From the NCBI RefSeq assembly GCF_040223195.1, contig NZ_JAVKDX010000010.1:73982-137981 (forward strand): 64,000 nt of DNA, given 5' to 3'. Below are positions 24,891-35,660 of this stretch, one piece after another. Numbering within the stretch: position 1 is the stretch's first letter; each line of letters starts with the position of its first letter. A program made the translations under genes and the position numbers. Source of the DNA: Ekhidna sp. (lineage in GTDB: Bacteria > Bacteroidota > Bacteroidia > Cytophagales > Cyclobacteriaceae). The notes beneath the pieces were generated by a model. The model saw only the letters and a program-made list of their open reading frames with translations, made no database searches and was not told the origin of the DNA.

Positions 24891-26769
24891 CCCGATAAAA
24901 CACGAATGTGGCATAGCCCATCTCCGCCTCAGGAAACCCCTCCAATATTACATTGACAAATACGGCACGCCTGCCTATGCAGCCAAAAAAATGTACCTGC
25001 TAATGAAAAAGCAGAGCAATAGAGGGCAGGATGGAGTAGGAGTAGCCAGCATCAAAATCGACATACCACCGGGATTGAGATATATTTCCAGATATCGTAC
25101 GATCAATTCCAATCCGATTGAAGAAATTTTCGGGAAGATCAGTAAGAAATACCTAAAAGCTCAGAAAGACCCAAGCGGCGACATGACCAACGCAGAATGG
25201 TTGAAGGAAAACTACGCCTTTACTGGGGAATCATGGCTGGGACACCTCAGATACGGGACTCACGGCAAAAACAGCATTGAAAACTGCCATCCGTTCTTGC
25301 GACAAAACAACTGGCGAAGCAGAAACCTGGTGATGGCGGGCAATTTCAACATGACCAATGTGGAGGAGCTGTTCAATATTCTTGTTGGGTTGGGCCAGTT
25401 TCCAAAGGATAAGGTGGATACTGTGACCGTGATGGAAAAAATTGGCCATTTTTTGGACGAGGAGAACCAGCGAATTTTTGATAAATACAAAGACCAGTAC
25501 ACCAACGAGGAGATCACCTATAAGATTGAGGAGGAGATAGACCTTCAGCGGGTGCTTCGCAGATCATGTAGGGATTTCGACGGAGGCTATGCCATGGCGG
25601 GAATCATCGGATATGGCGCATCGTTTGTAGCCCGTGATCCGGCAGGGATTCGTCCGGCCTACTATTATGCGGATGATGAAGTGATCGTGGTGACGTCAGA
25701 GAAGCAGGCCATCAAAACGGCTTTTGGTTGTGAATATTCTGAAATCCAGGAGGTGAAACCGGGTCATGCCTTGATCATCTCCAAAGACGGAAGCTATGAA
25801 CAAAAGCAATTTATAGAGCCAATTGAGAGAAAATCCTGTTCGTTTGAGCGAATCTATTTTTCACGAGGTACAGATCCGGATATCTATAATGAGCGAAGAA
25901 AGCTCGGTGAGTTGCTGGTGCCACAGGTATTGAAGGCAATCAATTTCGATCTAAAAAATACAGTCTTCTCATACATACCAAATACTGCGGAAACATCCTT
26001 CCTTGGGCTGATGAGAGGAGTGGAGCAGTACCTCATCGCCAAGCGCAAAGAAGTGATCCTGGAAGGAAAACCTTCAGCAGATTCCATCGAGGAGATGCTA
26101 AACTTCCAGCCCAGGGTAGAAAAATTGGTGCTGAAAGACGCCAAGCTCCGAACGTTCATCACCGATGATAATAGCCGGGATGAGCTGGTGTCTCACGTGT
26201 ATGACACCACTTATGAGGTAATCAATAAGCATACGGATACGCTCGTGGTGATTGACGATAGTATTGTCAGGGGTACCACACTGGAGAAAAGTATCCTTAC
26301 ACTCCTTGATAGACTTGAGCCGAAAAAGATTGTCATCGTATCATCCGCTCCTCAGATCCGTTTCCCTGATTGCTACGGGATCGATATGAGCAAGATGAAA
26401 GAATTTACTGCCTTCAGAGCAGTGCTTGCGTTGCTCAAGGAACACAACAAAGAAGAGTTACTCGACGAAGTTTTTGACAAATGTCTTGCTAGTCAAGCTG
26501 AAGATAATCCAAAGAACTATGTGAATGAGTTGTACAAGCCATTTACTTATGAGCAGGTTTCGAGGAAAATAACCGAGATTGTGAAGCCGGAGGGAATGAA
26601 GGCGGAGGTTGAGGTGGTTTATCAGACCGTTGAAAACCTACACAAAGCCTGCCCTAATCACTTGGGAGACTGGTACTTCACCGGAAACTATCCGACCAAG
26701 GGAGGAAACCGGGTAGTTAATCGAGCCTTTGTGAACTACATGAAAGGTGTGGAAGTGAGGGCTTACTAG
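24883..26769 (+). CDS. purF: Amidophosphoribosyltransferase (long Bacteroidota-type)
   Basis: It has the Ntn nucleophile context HECGIA and the PRPP-binding loop LVVIDDSIVRGTT. Its start overlaps nuoN by 8 nt. Confidence 0.85.
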   Translation: MSDPIKHECGIAHLRLRKPLQYYIDKYGTPAYAAKKMYLLMKKQSNRGQDGVGVASIKIDIPPGLRYISRYRTINSNPIEEIFGKISKKYLKAQKDPSGDMTNAEWLKENYAFTGESWLGHLRYGTHGKNSIENCHPFLRQNNWRSRNLVMAGNFNMTNVEELFNILVGLGQFPKDKVDTVTVMEKIGHFLDEENQRIFDKYKDQYTNEEITYKIEEEIDLQRVLRRSCRDFDGGYAMAGIIGYGASFVARDPAGIRPAYYYADDEVIVVTSEKQAIKTAFGCEYSEIQEVKPGHALIISKDGSYEQKQFIEPIERKSCSFERIYFSRGTDPDIYNERRKLGELLVPQVLKAINFDLKNTVFSYIPNTAETSFLGLMRGVEQYLIAKRKEVILEGKPSADSIEEMLNFQPRVEKLVLKDAKLRTFITDDNSRDELVSHVYDTTYEVINKHTDTLVVIDDSIVRGTTLEKSILTLLDRLEPKKIVIVSSAPQIRFPDCYGIDMSKMKEFTAFRAVLALLKEHNKEELLDEVFDKCLASQAEDNPKNYVNELYKPFTYEQVSRKITEIVKPEGMKAEVEVVYQTVENLHKACPNHLGDWYFTGNYPTKGGNRVVNRAFVNYMKGVEVRAY

Positions 26770-26775
26770 CCAGTA

Positions 26776-27102
26776 TCACACCGAAAAACTCTCTCCGCAT
26801 CCACAGGTTCTGGAAGCATTCGGATTCACAAACTGGAATCCTTTGCCATTAAGCCCATCGGAGAAATCAAGTGTAGTTCCGAGTAGGTAAAGCAGGCTCT
26901 TTTTGTCAACCAGGATTTTCACTCCTTTATCCTCGAACACCTCATCCGCATCCTGCACTTCAGGATCAAATGAAAGGTCGTACATCAGGCCGGAACAACC
27001 CCCGCCTTTTACCGATACACGGATATTATGATCCAATGATTTGCCCTCTTTTCCCAAAAGGGTCACAATTTCTTCTCTCGCTTTGTCAGTCACATTTATC
27101 AT
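26776..27102 (-). CDS. IscA/ErpA/HesB-family iron-sulfur cluster insertion protein
   Basis: Motifs GGCSG and the C-terminal CGCGESFSV are present. Confidence 0.85.
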   Translation of the reverse strand: MINVTDKAREEIVTLLGKEGKSLDHNIRVSVKGGGCSGLMYDLSFDPEVQDADEVFEDKGVKILVDKKSLLYLLGTTLDFSDGLNGKGFQFVNPNASRTCGCGESFSV

Positions 27103-27509
27103 CAGGCCACAGGGTTTAATACAATGCTAAATACTGTTATGTTATTCATGTCTCGCCCATAATACAGCTTGTCCATGGCATCATACATGTTTTTTGCGCG
27201 GAAATAGGAGGTTTGCAGCTCGTTCATTCCCTTCATCATCCACTGGATCGTAAAAGAGCTCTCTTTGTCCTTATGTGTTCGCACATAGTCGAGCATTTTA
27301 TGGAGCACATCCGTCTTATCAAATCCGGTGATGGCTTTGAACAGAAACGACTGATTATGTCTTGGGTTGATAGTGATCAAATCCAGCCTGGTTTTCCCAT
27401 CGTTTTTTGAAAACTCAAAAATCACCTCATCGCTCCTCAGTCCCAGGAAGTTTTTTATCTCATTTTGAATCTTTGCCGATTCTACGTGAATGTCTGATCG
27501 TAGCTCCAT
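27102..27509 (-). CDS. Hypothetical protein
   Basis: The 135-aa ORF has a stop that overlaps the iscA-like start by 1 nt. I recognise no motif. Confidence 0.55.
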   Translation of the reverse strand: MELRSDIHVESAKIQNEIKNFLGLRSDEVIFEFSKNDGKTRLDLITINPRHNQSFLFKAITGFDKTDVLHKMLDYVRTHKDKESSFTIQWMMKGMNELQTSYFRAKNMYDAMDKLYYGRDMNNITVFSIVLNPVA

Positions 27510-27577
27510 TCTCTATCAATTAATCGGTAAACTTTTCAGATCGACTGAAAGTTCCTGCATTTTTGCAAACTTACTTA

Positions 27578-27997
27578 ATGAACACGCAAATGTGGAAAAA
27601 CGTTGAGCATATTGGCATAGCGGTCAGAGATTTAGCAGGTGTTAATGAAATTTATACAAGGTTATTTGGCGAGCCACCATATAAAATGGAGTCTGTAGAT
27701 ACCGAACAGGTGGATACTTCTTTTTTCAAAGTAGGTCAAACCAAAATTGAGTTTTTGAGTGCGACCGATGAAAATAGTGCGATTGCAAAGTTTATTGAAA
27801 AGAGAGGGGAGGGCATCCACCATATAGCATTTGAAGTGGAAGATATCCATTATGAACTGGAGCGTTTACAAAAGGAGGGCTTTCAGTTCACTCGACCAGA
27901 AGTATCAAAAGGAGCGGATAATAAGCTGGTGTGTTTTGTGCATCCAAAATCTGCGAATGGGGTGTTGGTAGAGCTTTGTCAGGAGATACGGGAATAG
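27578..27997 (+). CDS. mce: Methylmalonyl-CoA epimerase (VOC family)
   Basis: Motifs VEHIGIAVRDL and GIHHIAFEV are present. I chose the ATG at 27578 over the listed TTG at 27563. Confidence 0.8.
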   Translation: MNTQMWKNVEHIGIAVRDLAGVNEIYTRLFGEPPYKMESVDTEQVDTSFFKVGQTKIEFLSATDENSAIAKFIEKRGEGIHHIAFEVEDIHYELERLQKEGFQFTRPEVSKGADNKLVCFVHPKSANGVLVELCQEIRE

Positions 27998-28053
27998 AAA
28001 TTTTAAGTCACCCTGAACTTGTTTCAGGGTCTAGATGCTGAAATAAATTCAGC

Positions 28054-29103
28054 ATGACAATAGAAACGGATATGAGCGAAGAAAAAAGAACAGAAATAGG
28101 AGAGATTGGGGAGTTTGGTCTCATCGAGCGGATTGCCGGGCATTTCATACCTAAAAACGAAAAGACCGTCAAAGGAATCGGGGATGATACTGCTGTCTAT
28201 GATCTGGGCGATAAATATTTACTGACCACATCTGACATGCTGCTGGAGGGAGTTCACTTCGACTTATCCTACATGCCACTGCCACATCTGGGATACAAAG
28301 CAGTCGCCGTAAATATCTCAGACATTGCTGCCATGAATGGCACGCCCACACAGATCACGGTTAACCTGGGATTGAGCAATCGCTTTTCCGTAGAAGCCGT
28401 GGAGGCGATCTATGAGGGAGTAAAAGCTGCCTGTGATGAGTATAATGTCGATTTGGTAGGTGGAGATACCACCGCCTCACCTTCCGGACTTGTGATTTCC
28501 GTGACCGCATTGGGTGAGGTAGATAGAGATAAAGTCGTCTACCGAAATGGTGCGATGGAAAATGATATACTCTGTGTGACTGGCGATTTGGGTGGTGCAT
28601 TTGTTGGGCTACAGGTGCTGGAGCGTGAGAAGCAGGAATACCTCGCCAACCCGGATATGCAACCCCAGCTTGAAAAATACGACTATGTGGTGGGACGCCA
28701 GCTAAGACCCAAGGCCAGAATGGACATCATTCACGAATTCAAAGATTTGGGTATTCAGCCCACATCTATGATTGATGTTTCGGATGGGTTGGCTTCCGAA
28801 GCTTTCCACCTGTGCAAGCAGTCAGGACTTGGGGTGGCCATCTATGAGGATAAACTCCCGATTGAGAAGCAGGCCTTTGAAACTGCTGCTGAGTTTAGCA
28901 TCGATCCCAACTCCTGCGCTATGAACGGCGGGGAAGATTACGAACTACTTTTCACCATTGGTCAGGATGATTTTGAAAAGATCAAAAACCACCCGGACAT
29001 CCATACGATCGGGTATATGCAAGCAAAAGAGAAGGGTAGAACATTTGTGACCAGAAGCCAGAATGTAGTGGAACTTCAGGCGCAAGGTTGGAGGCATTTT
29101 TAA
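28054..29103 (+). CDS. thiL: Thiamine-monophosphate kinase
   Basis: It has an AIR-synthase-like fold with GIGDDTAV and VGGDTT. Confidence 0.85.
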   Translation: MTIETDMSEEKRTEIGEIGEFGLIERIAGHFIPKNEKTVKGIGDDTAVYDLGDKYLLTTSDMLLEGVHFDLSYMPLPHLGYKAVAVNISDIAAMNGTPTQITVNLGLSNRFSVEAVEAIYEGVKAACDEYNVDLVGGDTTASPSGLVISVTALGEVDRDKVVYRNGAMENDILCVTGDLGGAFVGLQVLEREKQEYLANPDMQPQLEKYDYVVGRQLRPKARMDIIHEFKDLGIQPTSMIDVSDGLASEAFHLCKQSGLGVAIYEDKLPIEKQAFETAAEFSIDPNSCAMNGGEDYELLFTIGQDDFEKIKNHPDIHTIGYMQAKEKGRTFVTRSQNVVELQAQGWRHF

Positions 29104-29136
29104 AACAAAAAAACCACCCGCCAGTTTGGCGGATGG
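29104..29136 (-). terminator. Intrinsic terminator of the YceI-like gene, also placed behind thiL
   Basis: The minus strand reads CCATCCGCCAAACTGGCGGGTGG followed by TTTTTTTTGTTTT. Confidence 0.55.
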
Positions 29137-29172
29137 TTATCACCTAATCACTAACTCTACTACTACTACTAT

Positions 29173-29742
29173 TTATTTACTTGCCACCAGTCTTACAGTC
29201 AGATCGAAATTGTCGTAGATCGTCTTGTCGCCCAGGTTGTCGAAGAAGCTACCAGAACCATATCTCACATCATATTTAGATCTATCGATTATGAGTGTAG
29301 CGGTAGCAGTCACTTTCCCGTCTTTTTCTTCCACATTTGCTGTGAACTGCACTTCCTCCGTTTTGTCTTTGATCGTCATGTTTCCGATCACTTTGTATTT
29401 TCCAGGGCCTTGAGGTACTGTTTTTGTTATGACAAAAGTGGCTGTTGGGTATTTTTCCACGCCAAAGAAATCGTCAGACTTTAGGTGTCCTTCCAATTTT
29501 CCCTTGTAATCTCCGGATAGATCGTTATTAGAAATAGTGGTCATATCGATTGTAAAGATTCCACCAACCAATTGCCCGTCTTCCATTTCCAGTCTGCCCC
29601 CTTGCAATTGTACTGTTCCATTATGCTCTCCAGTTACTTTTTTGCCGAGCCACTCTACGGTGCTCTCTTCAGTGTTTACATTGTACTTTTCTTTAGCCTG
29701 TCCGCTCAGTATTACCGCCAGGATGATGAATGTTTTAATCAT
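29173..29742 (-). CDS. YceI-family periplasmic protein
   Basis: A signal peptide is present, with STVEWLGKKVTGEHNGTV and LEGHLKSDDFFGVEKYPTATF. Confidence 0.8.
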   Translation of the reverse strand: MIKTFIILAVILSGQAKEKYNVNTEESTVEWLGKKVTGEHNGTVQLQGGRLEMEDGQLVGGIFTIDMTTISNNDLSGDYKGKLEGHLKSDDFFGVEKYPTATFVITKTVPQGPGKYKVIGNMTIKDKTEEVQFTANVEEKDGKVTATATLIIDRSKYDVRYGSGSFFDNLGDKTIYDNFDLTVRLVASK

Positions 29743-29835
29743 GGTTTTTGTGTGTTAAGTTTTCTTTTGTTCAAAATAAATGTACATACATTTAATGTAC
29801 AAACTCTACAACGCTTTAAGTCGAAAATTGTTCCA

Positions 29836-29843
29836 TACTTTTG
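29836..29843 (+). promoter_or_regulatory. -7 promoter box (TACTTTTG)
   Basis: This exact TAnnTTTG match lies 17 nt upstream of the ATG at 29861 and supports that start. Confidence 0.35.
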
Positions 29844-29860
29844 AAGAAAATTTAAAAAAT

Positions 29861-30433
29861 ATGATTGAGGTAGGGAAGACGTTGATTTCTGATGATGTGA
29901 TAGATGAGGCGTTCGTGTGTGATCTCACCAAATGCAAAGGCGCCTGCTGCGTGGAAGGTGACCTGGGCGCTCCGCTCTTGGAAGAGGAGTTAGAGGAAAT
30001 TGACAAAGTAATTGATTTGGTGAAACCCTACCTCACAGATGAAGCCATCGCGATACTGGAAAAGGAGGGCGGCTACCTGCTGGATGAGGACGGGGACCTG
30101 TCCACCACCACGATCCATGGAAAGGAGTGTGCCTTTGCCTTTTATGATGAAAAAGGGATTCTTAAATGCAGTATTGAGCAGGCGCATAAGGATGGCAAAA
30201 CAGACTGGAAAAAACCGATTTCCTGTCACTTGTATCCCATTCGTGTCGCTAAGCTACCGGATTTTGAAGCGCTCAACTATGATCGCTGGCAAATCTGCTC
30301 ACCCGCCTGCGAACTGGGAAAGGAGCTTAAGGTACCTGTCTACAAATTCCTGAAAGACGCACTAATCCGTAAGTACGGTGAGGATTGGTATGCGGAGCTG
30401 GAGGAAATCGTTGAGGCAAGAAAAAATCACTAA
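29861..30433 (+). CDS. DUF3109-like Cys-rich protein
   Basis: The motif CDLTKCKGACCVEGDLGAPL is present. I trimmed the ORF to the ATG at 29861. Confidence 0.7.
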   Translation: MIEVGKTLISDDVIDEAFVCDLTKCKGACCVEGDLGAPLLEEELEEIDKVIDLVKPYLTDEAIAILEKEGGYLLDEDGDLSTTTIHGKECAFAFYDEKGILKCSIEQAHKDGKTDWKKPISCHLYPIRVAKLPDFEALNYDRWQICSPACELGKELKVPVYKFLKDALIRKYGEDWYAELEEIVEARKNH

Positions 30434-30649
30434 TCAGTCTGCTGCTTCTTCTTCATACGCCAGGATATCTCCAGGCTGGCATTCCAGTACCTTACAGATA
30501 GCTTCCAACGTGCTAAATCTTATGGCTTTTGCTTTTCCGGTCTTCAAGATTGAAAGGTTTGAAAGAGTCAAATCAACTCGGGCGGAAAGCTCATTGAGAG
30601 ACATCTTTCGCTTGGCCATCATTACGTCCAGGTTTACAACTATCGACAT
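30434..30649 (-). CDS. Short Cro/C1-type HTH transcriptional regulator (YozG-like)
   Basis: The 71-aa protein carries MSLNELSARVDLTLSNLSILKTGKAKAIRFSTLEAICKVLECQPGDIL. Confidence 0.8.
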   Translation of the reverse strand: MSIVVNLDVMMAKRKMSLNELSARVDLTLSNLSILKTGKAKAIRFSTLEAICKVLECQPGDILAYEEEAAD

Positions 30650-30652
30650 GGC

Positions 30653-31174
30653 TTAGATGGTTAGTTCGTTTTCAGACTGCAGCTCAATTCCTCTCTTGTA
30701 AATCTGTGCGATAACAAACACGATACCCGCAAGAAGCAGAAACTCTGTGCCTCCACTTTCATAGGTAAAGGAGAGCCCCTTTTTCATCAACCATTTGGCA
30801 TAGCCATCTGCGATCACCGCAGTGATACCGATTTGCAGGGCAATCGTGCTGATCTTAGAAATCAACGTAGAGATTTCCTTTGTAAATGGGTGCGTCACAT
30901 TGACCTTCGAAATAATTTTCACTACTTGAAAAAAGAGATATGCTTTCAGTGCAGCGAGCGTCACAACAAGACTGACCAGGGCAATGTAATGGCTGAGGCC
31001 ATAAGAATGAAGCTGGCTGAGATCCATACCCATGTATAGGTCTTTTGCCGCTTCGGTGTTGACAAACAGGCTTACGGTAAAAGCAGTGAGAATAGCACCG
31101 GCGTAGATGCACAGCCCGATGAAGAGCACCCAGGAAACTACCTTCAGGATGTCAAGTATTTGTTTTGTTGTCAT
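30653..31174 (-). CDS. DUF2975-like membrane protein
   Basis: The 173-aa ORF has about 5 TM segments and lies 3 nt upstream of the short HTH gene. That is the usual arrangement for this family. Confidence 0.65.
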   Translation of the reverse strand: MTTKQILDILKVVSWVLFIGLCIYAGAILTAFTVSLFVNTEAAKDLYMGMDLSQLHSYGLSHYIALVSLVVTLAALKAYLFFQVVKIISKVNVTHPFTKEISTLISKISTIALQIGITAVIADGYAKWLMKKGLSFTYESGGTEFLLLAGIVFVIAQIYKRGIELQSENELTI

Positions 31175-31388
31175 AAATGATAATTACTGATCGTTTAGCA
31201 ATTATCGGTATATATTTATTTAAAAACAATAAATAATTATTTTTTATTAAGAAGTTAACCTTAGTTGAGAAAAGCCGAAAGACATTCTTGGAGGAATCTC
31301 GCCATTGTTGGCCTTGTGACCGACTATACTTTGAAATTAGGATAGCTTATTGGTGAGAAACACCAACAAGGGCTGAACGGCCATATAA

Positions 31389-31697
31389 TCATTCTTTCGT
31401 TACAGCTTCTTCACTGATCACTCTGTCAATAACAGCTTTCAATTCTAGCAGTTCAGTCTCATCAAAACTGTTTGTGGATAACCATTTGCCTTCTTTTTTA
31501 TAAATCTTCTTTACCTGGAAGTTCTTCCATGTCGTCCCGTCACTTTTTTTGTTAACCCACACGGTAACGATAGCTGATCCTAATTTATACTCAGCTTTAG
31601 GCCTCTGACCTTCGTCGGCTGCTTGTGGGTCTTTTACGTCTTGTGAAAATGCAATGACAGAGAATGTAATTAGCAAAGTTGTTAATAGCTTTTTCAT
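31389..31697 (-). CDS. Small secreted hypothetical protein
   Basis: The signal peptide is MKKLLTTLLITFSVIAFSQ. Confidence 0.6.
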   Translation of the reverse strand: MKKLLTTLLITFSVIAFSQDVKDPQAADEGQRPKAEYKLGSAIVTVWVNKKSDGTTWKNFQVKKIYKKEGKWLSTNSFDETELLELKAVIDRVISEEAVTKE

Positions 31698-31747
31698 TTT
31701 TTTATATAAAGCTACACAATATCTCTTATACCTCTTTTTATGAATGG

Positions 31748-31783
31748 TTAAAACAAAAACCCCTCACCGTTTCCGGCAAGGGG
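31748..31783 (-). terminator. Intrinsic terminator after accC
   Basis: The minus strand reads CCCCTTGCCGGAAACGGTGAGGGG followed by TTTTTGTTTT. Confidence 0.5.
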
Positions 31784-31808
31784 TTTCAATCTTTACAAGA
31801 TTTCCTAA

Positions 31809-33155
31809 TTATTTCAACACGCTGAAGTCCCACGTGTCGAGATACTTCGTAGTGAAGTTCCCGGACTTAAATGCTTCGTCATCCATCATCGCTAGGTGGA
31901 AAGGAATCGTCGTTTTGATACCTTCAATTACCGTTTCTTCCAATGCGCGCTTCATCTTAATGATCGCTTCTTCTCTGGTCTGTGCACTCACGATCAGTTT
32001 ACCTATCATCGAGTCGTAGAACGGTGGGATCACATAGCCCGCATACACATGGCTATCGATACGTACGCCATGTCCACCGGGGAAGTGTAGATTCGTGATT
32101 TTTCCCGGACTTGGTCGGAAGCCGTTTGCTGGATCTTCTGCATTGATTCGCACCTCTATCGAGTGTAGCTGCGGGAAGTAGTTTCTTCCTGAGATCGGCT
32201 CTCCGGCTGCCACTTTGATTTGCTCTTTGATCAGGTCATAGTCCGTCACTTCCTCAGTGATCGGGTGCTCCACCTGAATACGGGTGTTCATCTCCATAAA
32301 GTAGAAGTCGCCATGCTTGTCCACCAGAAACTCAACTGTACCAGCTCCTTCGTACTTGATCGCCTCAGCACCTTTGATCGCTGCGGCTCCCATCTTTTCC
32401 CGTAGCTCTTGCGATACAATAGGGGATGGAGTCTCTTCAATCAGCTTCTGGTGTCTCCGCTGGATCGAACAATCTCTCTCTGACAAGTGGCAGGCTTTTC
32501 CTCTGCTGTCGCCCACAATCTGGATTTCTATGTGGCGAGGCTCTTCCACAAACTTCTCCATGTACATCCCGTCATTGCCAAACGATGCAGCGGCTTCTTG
32601 TCTGGCACTATCCCATGCCTTTTTGAATTCGCTTTCTTCTTTGATGAGACGCATCCCTTTACCACCACCACCGGCAGTTGCTTTGATCATCACCGGGTAG
32701 CCAATTTCTTTCGCCAGCTCCATCCCTTGTTCAGCAGACTCCAATAGTCCGTCAGATCCAGGAACAACAGGAACACCAGCGGCAATCATCGTTGCTTTAG
32801 CCGTGGCTTTGTCTCCCATTTTGCTGATCATCTCCTCGCTTGCGCCGATGAACTTGATTCCATTTTCTGCGCAAACCCTGGAGAATTCTGCATTTTCTGA
32901 CAGGAATCCATATCCCGGATGGATGGCATCTGCATTGGTGACCTCAGCAGCTGCGATAATATTAGGAATTTTTAGGTATGAATCCTTGCTGGCTGCAGGG
33001 CCGATGCACACGGCTTCATCTGCAAATCGTACGTGAAGACTTTCCGCATCAGCTTTGGAGTAAACAGCCACCGTCTTGATGCCCATTTCCTTGCAGGTAC
33101 GGATAATGCGTAATGCAATCTCGCCTCGATTGGCAATCAAAATCTTATTAAACAT
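31809..33155 (-). CDS. accC: Acetyl-CoA carboxylase, biotin carboxylase subunit
   Basis: Motifs [26 protein letters not shown] and [15 protein letters not shown] are present. Confidence 0.95.
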   Translation of the reverse strand: MFNKILIANRGEIALRIIRTCKEMGIKTVAVYSKADAESLHVRFADEAVCIGPAASKDSYLKIPNIIAAAEVTNADAIHPGYGFLSENAEFSRVCAENGIKFIGASEEMISKMGDKATAKATMIAAGVPVVPGSDGLLESAEQGMELAKEIGYPVMIKATAGGGGKGMRLIKEESEFKKAWDSARQEAAASFGNDGMYMEKFVEEPRHIEIQIVGDSRGKACHLSERDCSIQRRHQKLIEETPSPIVSQELREKMGAAAIKGAEAIKYEGAGTVEFLVDKHGDFYFMEMNTRIQVEHPITEEVTDYDLIKEQIKVAAGEPISGRNYFPQLHSIEVRINAEDPANGFRPSPGKITNLHFPGGHGVRIDSHVYAGYVIPPFYDSMIGKLIVSAQTREEAIIKMKRALEETVIEGIKTTIPFHLAMMDDEAFKSGNFTTKYLDTWDFSVLK

Positions 33156-33167
33156 AAGCGTGATGTG

Positions 33168-33641
33168 TTACGATGGATCAACAAGGAAAAGCGGCTGATC
33201 GTATTCCACCGGCTGAGCATTGTCAACCAGTACCTTCACGATCTTGCCAGAAACTTCCGATTCAATTTCATTGAACAGTTTCATTGCTTCGATGATGCAG
33301 ACCGGATCGCCTGCATTTACAGAGCTACCCACTTCCACAAACGATGGAGACTCTGGGTTTGGTGATCGGTAGAACGTGCCGATCATTGGAGATTTGATCT
33401 CTACAAGGTTACTATTAGCAGCAGCAGGAGCGCCACCATCTGTCGACGGGGCAGGAGCAGCTTGAGGGGCCGGGACTGGGGCGGGTGCCGCAGCGGGCTG
33501 AGCTATAGGAGCAGAAGCGATCACGTGTTGCTCGGCACTTCGCTTGATGCTTACCTTGAAATCATCTGTTTCAATATTTACTTCTTCCAATCCTGACTCT
33601 GACAGGAAGTTGATTAATTCTTGAATTTCTTTGGCCTTCAT
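33168..33641 (-). CDS. accB: Biotin carboxyl carrier protein
   Basis: An Ala/Pro-rich linker is followed by the biotinylation motif [13 protein letters not shown]. Confidence 0.9.
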   Translation of the reverse strand: MKAKEIQELINFLSESGLEEVNIETDDFKVSIKRSAEQHVIASAPIAQPAAAPAPVPAPQAAPAPSTDGGAPAAANSNLVEIKSPMIGTFYRSPNPESPSFVEVGSSVNAGDPVCIIEAMKLFNEIESEVSGKIVKVLVDNAQPVEYDQPLFLVDPS

Positions 33642-33794
33642 AGGTTAAATGTTGATTAAAAAATCTTAAGAACTAAGGTAGTTAAATTCTTTCGGGTGAG
33701 TGAAATTATTTCACGTCCGTGATTCATTTTCAGCGGCGACATGGAATTCACATAAATCTGATTTTGCTTCATTTTGAAGCTTATGGATTTATGC

Positions 33795-34358
33795 TCATTT
33801 CACTCGCTCCACATACGAACCATCCACGGTATTGATTTTGATCACCTCATCCTGCTCAATGAACATAGGAACCTGGATGGTAGCCCCTGTTTCCACCACA
33901 GCATTTTTAGTTGCATTGGTAGCGGTGTTGCCTTTTACGCCAGGATCCGCTTGTATCACAGTCATGACCACATGCTGAGGTAGCTCACAAGCTAATATTT
34001 TCTCTTCTTCGGCATGAAAGAGGATCTCAACTTCCTGTCCGTCTTTTAGGAACTTTGGAGCGTTGATAAGCGACTCCTGCACTGCTACTTGTTCGTAGGT
34101 GTTGGTGTCCATGCAGTGGTAGCCCAAATCGTCCTTGTAAAGGAACTGATAGGGCCTGCGCTCTACTCGCGCTGTGGTGATTTTGTGTCCGGATGAAAAA
34201 GTGTTGTCGATCACTTTTCCCGTGGTAATGCTTTTCAGCTTGGTTCTAACGAATGCAGGACCCTTTCCGGGCTTCACATGTTGGAATTCTACTACGCTAA
34301 ACAGATCGTGGTTAAACTCTATCACCAATCCGTTTTTGATGTCTGCTGTAGTTGCCAT
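33795..34358 (-). CDS. efp: Elongation factor P
   Basis: The 187-aa protein carries HVKPGKGPAFVRTKLKS. Confidence 0.95.
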   Translation of the reverse strand: MATTADIKNGLVIEFNHDLFSVVEFQHVKPGKGPAFVRTKLKSITTGKVIDNTFSSGHKITTARVERRPYQFLYKDDLGYHCMDTNTYEQVAVQESLINAPKFLKDGQEVEILFHAEEEKILACELPQHVVMTVIQADPGVKGNTATNATKNAVVETGATIQVPMFIEQDEVIKINTVDGSYVERVK

Positions 34359-34434
34359 TTTGGAATGTTAATTATCTAATTATTCTTGATTTTTCTGAGG
34401 TAGATTTCTAAATATATTCCTCACGGGTGCCGTA

Positions 34435-35436
34435 TTATTTTGGATCGTACGCCCACTTTACCCAAATTGACCCCCAGGTAAATCCTCCACCAAATGCTGC
34501 AAGGATCAGGTTGTCTCCTTTTTTTAGTTTGCTTTCATAATCCCACAAGCAAAGCGGAATCGTGCCACTGGTCGTGTTTCCATAGTTTTCTATGTTGAGC
34601 ATCACCTTATCTTCACCTACACCCATCCGGCTTGCTGTCGCATCGATGATTCGCTTATTTGCCTGGTGAGGTACCAAGTACGATACATCGTCGGCTGTCA
34701 GGTTGTTTCGCTCCATCACCTCCGCTGCTACATCTGCCATGTTTTTCACGGCAAACTTGAATACCATCGAACCTTCCTGATAAGCAAAGTGCTCTCGGTT
34801 TTGTACCGTTTCAAGGGTGGCCGGTCTTCGGCTACCACCAGCTTTCATGTGAAGAAATGGCTCACCGGAACCATCAGACCTTAGTATTGAATCTTTGATT
34901 CCAAAATCTTCCTCGGTAGGCTCAAGCATAACAGCACCAGCACCATCTCCAAAGATGATGCAGGTAGCCCGGTCGGTGTAGTCTACGATGGAGGACATTT
35001 TATCTGCCCCGATAACGACCACTTTCTTGTATTTGCCCGTCTCGATGAATTGCGAGCCAGTAGCCAACGCATAAAGGAATCCTGAGCATGCCGCCTGCAG
35101 GTCATAGCCGAACGCATTGGTGGCTCCAATCTTGTTTCCAATGATGTTGGCAGTGGCCGGAAATACCAAATCCGGAGTGGTAGTCGCACATATAATGAGA
35201 TCGATCTCCTCCGGATTTGTATTGGTTTTCTTCAGCAGCCCCTCCAGTGCCTTTACGGCCATTACTGAGGTACCCTGATTCTCGCCTTTAAGTATGTGTC
35301 TTTGTTTGATGCCTGTTCGGGAGGTGATCCACTCGTCGTTGGTGTCCACCATCTTTTCCAAATCATGGTTGGTAAGCACGTCCTCTGGAACGTACCCGTG
35401 AACGCCTGTAATGGCTGCTTGAATTTTAGGCATCAA
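34435..35436 (-). CDS. fabH: 3-oxoacyl-ACP synthase III
   Basis: Motifs [19 protein letters not shown] and [11 protein letters not shown] are present. Confidence 0.9.
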   Translation of the reverse strand: MMPKIQAAITGVHGYVPEDVLTNHDLEKMVDTNDEWITSRTGIKQRHILKGENQGTSVMAVKALEGLLKKTNTNPEEIDLIICATTTPDLVFPATANIIGNKIGATNAFGYDLQAACSGFLYALATGSQFIETGKYKKVVVIGADKMSSIVDYTDRATCIIFGDGAGAVMLEPTEEDFGIKDSILRSDGSGEPFLHMKAGGSRRPATLETVQNREHFAYQEGSMVFKFAVKNMADVAAEVMERNNLTADDVSYLVPHQANKRIIDATASRMGVGEDKVMLNIENYGNTTSGTIPLCLWDYESKLKKGDNLILAAFGGGFTWGSIWVKWAYDPK

Positions 35437-35444
35437 TCGTTAGC

Positions 35445-35636
35445 TTATGCCAGAACTTCCTTTTCCATCACCACTTTACCCTTATAGTAAAGTTTGCCTT
35501 CGTGCCAGAAGGCCCTGTGTGGAAGGTGTGCCTCACCGGTGGTAGGGCAGATCACAAAGCTCTTAGGAGTTGCTTTGTAATGAGTTCTTCGCTTGTCTCT
35601 TCTGGTTTTCGAAATCTTTCGTTTTGGATGCGCCAT
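35445..35636 (-). CDS. rpmF: 50S ribosomal protein L32
   Basis: The N-terminus reads [21 protein letters not shown]. Confidence 0.9.
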   Translation of the reverse strand: MAHPKRKISKTRRDKRRTHYKATPKSFVICPTTGEAHLPHRAFWHEGKLYYKGKVVMEKEVLA

Positions 35637-35660
35637 CTTCTTTCTCTATCTAAATTTTTC

